Below are positions 38,056-40,406 of a stretch of 40,406 bases of DNA, piece after piece. The notes beneath the pieces were generated by a model. That model was not told the DNA's origin and ran no database searches. It was given only the letters and a program-made list of their open reading frames with translations. The DNA lies in the NCBI GenBank assembly GCA_903925445.1, contig CAIYFE010000033.1:1-40406 (forward strand), written 5' to 3'. The position numbers and the translations under genes are program-made. Position 1 is the stretch's first letter; each line of letters starts with the position of its first letter. This DNA is from an uncultured Burkholderiales bacterium (GTDB lineage Bacteria; Pseudomonadota; Gammaproteobacteria; Burkholderiales; Burkholderiaceae_C).

Positions 38056-38355
38056 TCAGGGGTTGTCTTGCATCAGGGCGCGCAATTCTTCGTCACTCAA
38101 AAGAGGAGGGCTTGGTTTTATTGCGATCGTGCTGGGAATCAATTCAGATTGGATGTCTTTGACCGAAGCGGTCTGGCGTTTCAATAACCGATCCAAAGCC
38201 CGCGCATGTTCAGCAGCGTCAGGCAAAGTCAGCGATGAGCTCTCGCGTGCCATGGCCAATGCTTGTTGTTCCAAAGCGTGATGAATGGCTTGCAAGCGAT
38301 CTATTTTTTGACGCAACGCAATATTGCGAGTCAAGCGGCGATCTTGGGTGTTCAT
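38056..38355 (-). CDS. Small helical hypothetical protein, last gene of the HEAT/GT2 cluster
   Basis: 99 aa, ATG 11 nt after the GT2 stop, coiled-coil-like middle, ends PPLLSDEELRALMQDNP. Confidence 0.6.
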   Translation of the reverse strand: MNTQDRRLTRNIALRQKIDRLQAIHHALEQQALAMARESSSLTLPDAAEHARALDRLLKRQTASVKDIQSELIPSTIAIKPSPPLLSDEELRALMQDNP

Positions 38356-38366
38356 ACTATTGGGCT

Positions 38367-39770
38367 TTATATTTTTTGTTGCCAATTGGCTTTGCGGTTC
38401 ATGTGTCCCCAATGGCCATCGGCGTTTTTTATCCAGCGGTATAGACCCACCAACCGCCACCAAGCCATGAGTTGCCGATACCCCAGGTTTTCAAATATTG
38501 CGAACAATAAAAGAATATAAACATGACGGAGTTTGGGGTACATCTGAAAAGACAGTTGCTCCAAAATCAAACCGCCCATGCTCAGCAATATGCCAAGCCC
38601 TAAAGATAAAACCAAGAAAAATACAAATGCGCTCCAAGACAGCAGTCCAGCCCAATAAGCGTAAACAGTCCAAACATAACCGCTGAGTTCAATGGCGGGC
38701 CCCAGCCATTCAAATATGACCATGTAAGGAAAAGCCACCCAACCCGGCCACCCCCCGTTTTTATGGAGCATCAATTGCCAATGCAGGCTCAAGCTCTCCG
38801 ATAACCCCCGCTGCCAACGCACTCTTTGGTTGCGAAGCGTTTGGCGCTCTTCGGGAACTTCAGTCCAACACACGGGATCGGGCACGAATTCAATTTTGTA
38901 GGGTTTGTTTTTTTCTCGCATGACATGGTGAATTCGAACCACCAGCTCCATGTCTTCTCCCAAGGTGTGGGGGCGATAGCCGCCTACTTCAATCACCGTC
39001 GATTTTTTAAATAACCCAAATGCGCCAGAAATAATCAGCATGGCATTTAATTCGGACCAACCCAGTCGACCGAATAAAAACGCGCGTAAATATTCAATCA
39101 CTTGAAATCTGGCCCAAATATTCTTAGGTAAATCGACCCGATGAAGATACCCGCCGCGCACGTCGCAACCGTTGGCAGCGCGAATCGTGCCTCCGGTCGC
39201 GACCATGAGGGGGGAACGCAAAAACGGCTTGACCACCAGTTGCAGACTGTCGCGCTGCAAGATGGAGTCGGCGTCCACGCCGCAAAACAAGGGGTATTGA
39301 GAGGCATTGATGCCCGCATTGAGCGAATCGGCCTTGCCACCGTTGAATTTATCAATGACTTTGAGTTGCGGATGGCGACTTGAGCGGTAAATGGCTTGAA
39401 CGGGTTGGGTTTGCAATTGAACGCGGTAGGCTTGCGGAAAGATTTGCAAATCAAATTCGTCTTTTAAAACTTGCAAAGTGGCGTCGTTCGAGCCGTCATT
39501 GATGACGATGACTTCAAATTCAGAATAAGTAAGTTGCAGCACCGAGTGAACGGTTGAAGCAATGGTTTTTTCTTCATTGAAAGCCGGAATCAATATGCTG
39601 ATGGGTGGCGCAACCATCGAATAAGTCATGGGTAATTCGTTGATATCGCGGTATTGCCAATTGCGGCGCAACGCCAATGCAGCAAAAACCATCAAGCACA
39701 AATAAACCAAATTCACTGCTGAAAAATAAACCAGCATGAAGAGGTTGAAAAAATCAGTCAATACTTGCAA
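38367..39770 (-). CDS. Processive membrane GT2 polysaccharide synthase (PgaC/IcaA/cellulose-synthase-like)
   Basis: IPAFNEE, INDGS, GGKADSLN, DAD, ISGAFGLF, GEDMEL, QRVRW (QxxRW) and flanking TM helices. Confidence 0.93.
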   Translation of the reverse strand: MQVLTDFFNLFMLVYFSAVNLVYLCLMVFAALALRRNWQYRDINELPMTYSMVAPPISILIPAFNEEKTIASTVHSVLQLTYSEFEVIVINDGSNDATLQVLKDEFDLQIFPQAYRVQLQTQPVQAIYRSSRHPQLKVIDKFNGGKADSLNAGINASQYPLFCGVDADSILQRDSLQLVVKPFLRSPLMVATGGTIRAANGCDVRGGYLHRVDLPKNIWARFQVIEYLRAFLFGRLGWSELNAMLIISGAFGLFKKSTVIEVGGYRPHTLGEDMELVVRIHHVMREKNKPYKIEFVPDPVCWTEVPEERQTLRNQRVRWQRGLSESLSLHWQLMLHKNGGWPGWVAFPYMVIFEWLGPAIELSGYVWTVYAYWAGLLSWSAFVFFLVLSLGLGILLSMGGLILEQLSFQMYPKLRHVYILLLFAIFENLGYRQLMAWWRLVGLYRWIKNADGHWGHMNRKANWQQKI

Positions 39771-40406
39771 TGGATTTCTCCGCTAAAACGTGCCACACCA
39801 TGTCTTTTGCATAGCGATCGGTCCAAAGGGACACGGTTTGAATGAGGTTTTCTCGATCAATTCCAGCCAGATTGATCAAAGATTGAGCGGCGCGATAGCG
39901 CACCCACCATTGCGAATCACAAGCCAATGTTTGAAGGTTTTCAAATTCTGCGGCATCGCCCAAACGCCCCAGGGTGATGGCCACTTGGGTGCGAATTTCC
40001 CAATCGCTGTGCGTGACAAATGGACGAATGCTATTTAAATCGCTGGCATGCTCAAGCAAGCGCATGGCGCCTATGTACACGTCTGCCGAATGTTCTTCGT
40101 TGAAAAGCGGCCGCAAAAGCGAAGCGTCAACCGAAAAATTCAACGTGTGCGCCATCTTCAATAACCAAACCGTTTGTTGCTCGCGATGGGGACTGTTGGG
40201 CTGTTGGCGCAAGACCTTGAATTGATCCGTCCAAGGCGCAATCAGAATATTTTTAAATGGTTTGAACAAAGCGGCCGCTTGAACAACATCAGACGTTGGG
40301 CGTTGTTGCAACATCGCCAACACGGGCGCTGCTGCAAGACTTGTCTCGATGTTGAGCCAAGCCCACGCAGCATAAAGCGCCACAGAATTACTGGGCTCAT
40401 GCAGCA
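39754..40406 (-). CDS. HEAT-repeat protein (5'-truncated by the window edge)
   Basis: Frame is open to the window end. HSDWEIRTQVAITLGRLG and DSQWWVRYRAAQSL are HEAT-like repeats. Overlaps the GT2 start by 17 nt. Confidence 0.85.
   Translation of the reverse strand, partial: LHEPSNSVALYAAWAWLNIETSLAAAPVLAMLQQRPTSDVVQAAALFKPFKNILIAPWTDQFKVLRQQPNSPHREQQTVWLLKMAHTLNFSVDASLLRPLFNEEHSADVYIGAMRLLEHASDLNSIRPFVTHSDWEIRTQVAITLGRLGDAAEFENLQTLACDSQWWVRYRAAQSLINLAGIDRENLIQTVSLWTDRYAKDMVWHVLAEKSIASID

Overview
A gene-dense 40.4 kb bacterial chromosomal window. Gene content and synteny point to Betaproteobacteria, probably Comamonadaceae (Limnohabitans-like), which is inference only. I found no rRNA, tRNA, CRISPR array, transposase or integrase. 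Most of the window is housekeeping or catabolic: metH (5'-truncated), comM, a sigma54/NtrC-type TorF-glnK-amtB operon, glcEF, glutathione peroxidase, lplT, alr, a complete homoprotocatechuate meta-cleavage operon with hpaR and its palindromic operator, radA, ilvE, waaF, an OmpR-family two-component pair, ampG, an M48 peptidase and a metallo-beta-lactamase-fold hydrolase. Three accessory loci stand out. (1) At 2.0-5.0 kb, a SigF(ECF16)/NrsF + DUF692(MNIO)/DUF2063 locus resembles a bufferin-type RiPP cluster and keeps an intact SigF promoter. However, its MNIO has lost most iron ligands, its NrsF has lost both conserved cysteines, and no precursor or DoxX gene is present, so it is a candidate repurposed pseudoenzyme system. 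(2) At 33.2-36.3 kb, a secreted His/CxxC leader protein ending in RGPP is followed by an RNA stem that hides the ribosome-binding site of a TonB-dependent receptor, a candidate metal-sensing ribosome-arrest switch. (3) At 37.8-40.4 kb, an orphan 6-Cys secreted miniprotein lies next to a HEAT-repeat/GT2 polysaccharide-synthase cluster. All family calls are by motif recognition from memory; no database search was run.
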